Assembly: GCF_006345805.1 (NCBI RefSeq)
Contig: NC_043003.1
Coordinates: 14,942,001-15,006,000, forward strand
Direction: 5' to 3'
Origin: Octopus sinensis
Taxonomy: Eukaryota
DNA length: 64,000 nucleotides
Part shown: positions 62,880-64,000 of the stretch, in pieces
Layout: each line of letters starts with the position of its first letter
Numbering within the stretch: the stretch's first letter is position 1
Translations under genes and position numbers: made by a program
The notes under the pieces: generated by a model
What the model was told of the DNA's origin: nothing
What the model saw: only the letters and a program-made list of their open reading frames with translations
The model's database searches: none

Positions 62880-62990
62880 GGGATGCCTTTGTCTCTACTA
62901 AGTATAGATACAGATGTGTTACCTAAGATTAATTTTGAGGATCTGATCAAAGACATTGCAATTCAAAAAAGTAGGTGGAAACTTTTCAAA
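62880..62990 (+). pseudogene. hAT transposase C-terminal dimerisation-like fragment
   Basis: LSLLSIDTDVLPKINFEDLIKDIAIQKSR resembles the L.LLSIE...IDF...I..FA.KK.R C-terminus of hAT/Tip100-like transposases. Confidence 0.5.
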
Positions 62991-62993
62991 TAT

Positions 62994-63181
62994 AGGTGCA
63001 GGAGTGGCTGTGTGGTAAGTAGCTTGCTTACTAACCACATGGTTCTGGGTTCAGTCCCACTGCGTGGCACCTTGGGTAAGTGTCTTCTACTATAGCCTTG
63101 GGCCGACCAAAGCCTTGTGAGTGGATTTGGTAGATGGAAACTGAAAGAAGCCCGTCATATATATATGTATATGTGTGTATA

Positions 63182-63220
<39 letters not shown>

Positions 63221-63352
63221 ACACAACATCGCTTGACAACTGATGCTGGTGTGTTTACGTCCCCATAATTTAGCGGTTCGGCAAAAGAGACTAAAGGCGG
63301 TGCTCCGGCATGGCCACAGTCAAAATGACTGAAACAAGTAAAAGAGTAAAAG
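62994..63352 (+). mobile_element. SINE family 1 with internal deletion in the tail
   Basis: Lacks the CCGATAGAATAAGTAC...GCTCGA segment seen in other copies. Confidence 0.85.
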
Positions 63353-64000
63353 ATATATATATATACATACACACACATATGTGTGTGTGTGTGTGGTGTG
63401 TGTGTAATATATCTATCTATCTATCTATTTATCAATATATACAGAAAGGAGAGAGACGAGAGAGAGAGATGGGCTGATAGACAGACAAACAGACAGAGAG
63501 GTAGGTAGACGTTTATATATAAACGCATGGTTCGCAAACATGATTTCATCTCATCAATTTATCTAAAATAAACAAAAACCAAAAGCAAACAAAAAGCCAG
63601 AAGTATTCAATTAAGCTTCCTTCTTTGCATCGTACACATTCTACACAGTGTTTTAATCAAGGTACAACACTGTGGAGTAGATCTTCTATAAATATATTTG
63701 TTTGTTCCTTTATCATGTTGCTGTGTACGTACGTGTGTCTGTATGTATGTGTATAGGTTGTTGTTTGCATAACCAACATATTCTAAAATGTCTTACAAAC
63801 AGAACATTATGGCTGAGGCATTTCAAGTGAAAATAATAAGAAGTTTGTATGTCCCTAGGAATTTTCATTCCATACCCTTTCTAATAATGAATTTTTATTT
63901 GTTGTTTATTCCAAACATTTTCAAGTGAAACTTGTCCAAATGAGGAGTATGTATTCAGATCTTTTCTTTCCTCGAAATATTTAATCAAATGCTTTATGGC

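Overview
AT-rich, repeat-saturated animal genomic DNA. The SINE families look like those of octopus/coleoid cephalopods (recognition from memory, not a database hit). No convincing intact host protein-coding gene was found; nearly all long ORFs in the track are microsatellite translations. Contents: (1) a full-length but frameshifted R4/Dong-clade retrotransposon (RT, CCHC, restriction-like endonuclease) in (TAA)n at 29037-32977, plus three 5'-truncated copies, also in (TAA)n; (2) many copies of at least four SINE families; (3) CR1/L2-group LINE 3' ends whose terminal hairpin is shared, with compensatory changes, by the commonest SINE; (4) Tc1 (DD36E), mariner, Tigger-like, hAT, piggyBac-like MITE and Helitron remnants; (5) Penelope-like remnants and minimal hammerhead-ribozyme motifs from at least three sequence families, including a tRNA-head + (AAT)n + hammerhead composite and a 180-bp fold-back of two hammerhead bodies; (6) a probable templated inverted insertion at 25624-25948; (7) a 100-N gap at 24640-24739. 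Best candidate for an undescribed system: the hammerhead-bearing tRNA-SINE family, whose internal (AAT)n is itself a landing site for the R4/Dong element. Coordinates of degenerate repeats are approximate.
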